Below are positions 61,938 to 64,000 of a stretch of DNA of 64,000 bases, one piece after another. Source of the stretch: the human T2T-CHM13v2.0 reference genome, Homo sapiens; NCBI RefSeq assembly GCF_009914755.1, contig NC_060925.1; one strand, written 5' to 3'. Position 1 is the stretch's first letter. Each line of letters begins with the position of its first letter. Both the position numbers and the translations under genes were made by a program. The notes below the pieces were generated by a model that worked only from the letters and a program-made list of their open reading frames with translations, did not search any database and was not told the origin of the DNA.

Positions 61938-62179
61938 AACTTTCTCTAGTAATTCCTAGCTTCATTTCTGTTCTTCCAAACTATGAGATTTTCTTTGTGA
62001 CTTATTGGTCATTTATACTATACACTACACTGTACTTTGTGGAGAAAAGAGTTCAGTATATGTTTATTGATCATGTTGTTCATTTTCCCCATATTCTTAT
62101 TTAAATTTCATCAAATCTGTCAAATTCTAATAGGAATAAGTTAGAATGTTCCTCTTCCACTGTGTTTCTATAGTGTGGG

Positions 62180-62850
<671 letters not shown>

Positions 62851-62853
62851 TGA

Positions 62854-63287
<434 letters not shown>

Positions 63288-63394
63288 CTAGCATCAGAAT
63301 AATGCTGAAGTTGAAAGATGACTTTGTTGAGAAAATATATTCCTAAGTGGTTAGGACTAAGAGGATTATCCAAATTCAAGGACACTGAACAAAA

Positions 63395-63731
63395 TTATTA
63401 TTATTATTATTATTGACTTATTATTATTATTATCATTTTGAGAGGGAGTCTCGCTCTGTTGCCCAGGCTGGAGTGCAGTGGCGTGATCTCAGGTCACTGC
63501 ACCTCTGCCTCCCAGGTTCAGCAGATTCTCCTGCTTCAGACTCCTGAGTAGCTGGGATTACAGGCACCTGCCACCACACCCAGCTAATTTTTTTTTCTTT
63601 TTTGCATTTTTAGTGAAGACGAGTTTTCGCTATGTTGGTCAGGCTGGTCTTGAACTCCTGGGCTCAAGCCATCTGCCCACCTCGGCCTCCCAAAGTGCTG
63701 GGATTACAGGCGTGAGCCACTGGGCCCAGCC
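63395..63731 (-). mobile_element. Alu (S-type), (TTA)n tail
   Basis: Alu similarity. Confidence 0.93.
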
Positions 63732-64000
63732 CCTTTGACTTGTTTTTAAGTTGGATAAAGCATTTTGCTTTTATTTTTCCCATTTCTACTTTCTTCCTCC
63801 ACTTCCATCTTTTAACTTTTTGGTGCCAGTTTTTGCTGAACAAAATTTAAATCAAATCTGCTTGTGTCAATGAAACAAGTAAATAACACTTAAAAATTTT
63901 TAAAACACATAAGTTTTTTAACAATATGTAAGAAGAAATCAGCCAGATATATGTAAAATCTTTTTTAATTGGCTTAGCTGAAGGGAAAAGTATATTGGAG

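Noticed and set aside
61771-61959. ORF with a poly-Leu, TM-like stretch
   Set aside because: (TTG)n microsatellite plus LTR sequence

Overview
Primate, almost certainly human, genomic DNA: AT-rich, Alu-dense and mostly intronic. The window holds the 5' part of GPATCH2 on the minus strand. Coding exons 1-5 are at 57985-57930, 47530-46814, 41240-41179, 38109-37927 and 37438-37359, all GT-AG and in frame. An alternative terminal exon at 37230 gives a 376-aa isoform lacking the G-patch, and the first ~37 kb of a long intron 5 fills positions 1-37 kb. SPATA17 exon 1 (ATG 58393) lies head-to-head on the plus strand, 408 bp from the GPATCH2 ATG, across a CpG-island promoter with ETS, RFX X-box and MYB-type motifs. 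The remainder is about 28 Alus, old L1/L2/MIR fragments, DNA transposons (Tigger3b-, MER82-, MER5A-, MER58A-, MER53-like), a solo LTR8 with a 4-bp TSD and a MER4-family LTR. Gene and repeat names come from recalled sequences, not a database search, and repeat boundaries are approximate. Nearly all ORF-track entries are Alu or chance ORFs. No new protein-coding system is evident. The most interesting observations are regulatory or structural: (1) exon 2 is a 717-nt stop-free symmetric exon with its own optimal-Kozak ATG and flanking inverted Alus, so a circle of it would have an endless ORF; (2) layered start-codon/uORF control on both genes; (3) an intronic polyadenylation switch with a U1-type site at the predicted cleavage position; (4) two perfect 29- and 35-bp inverted repeats; (5) two dispersed short duplications.
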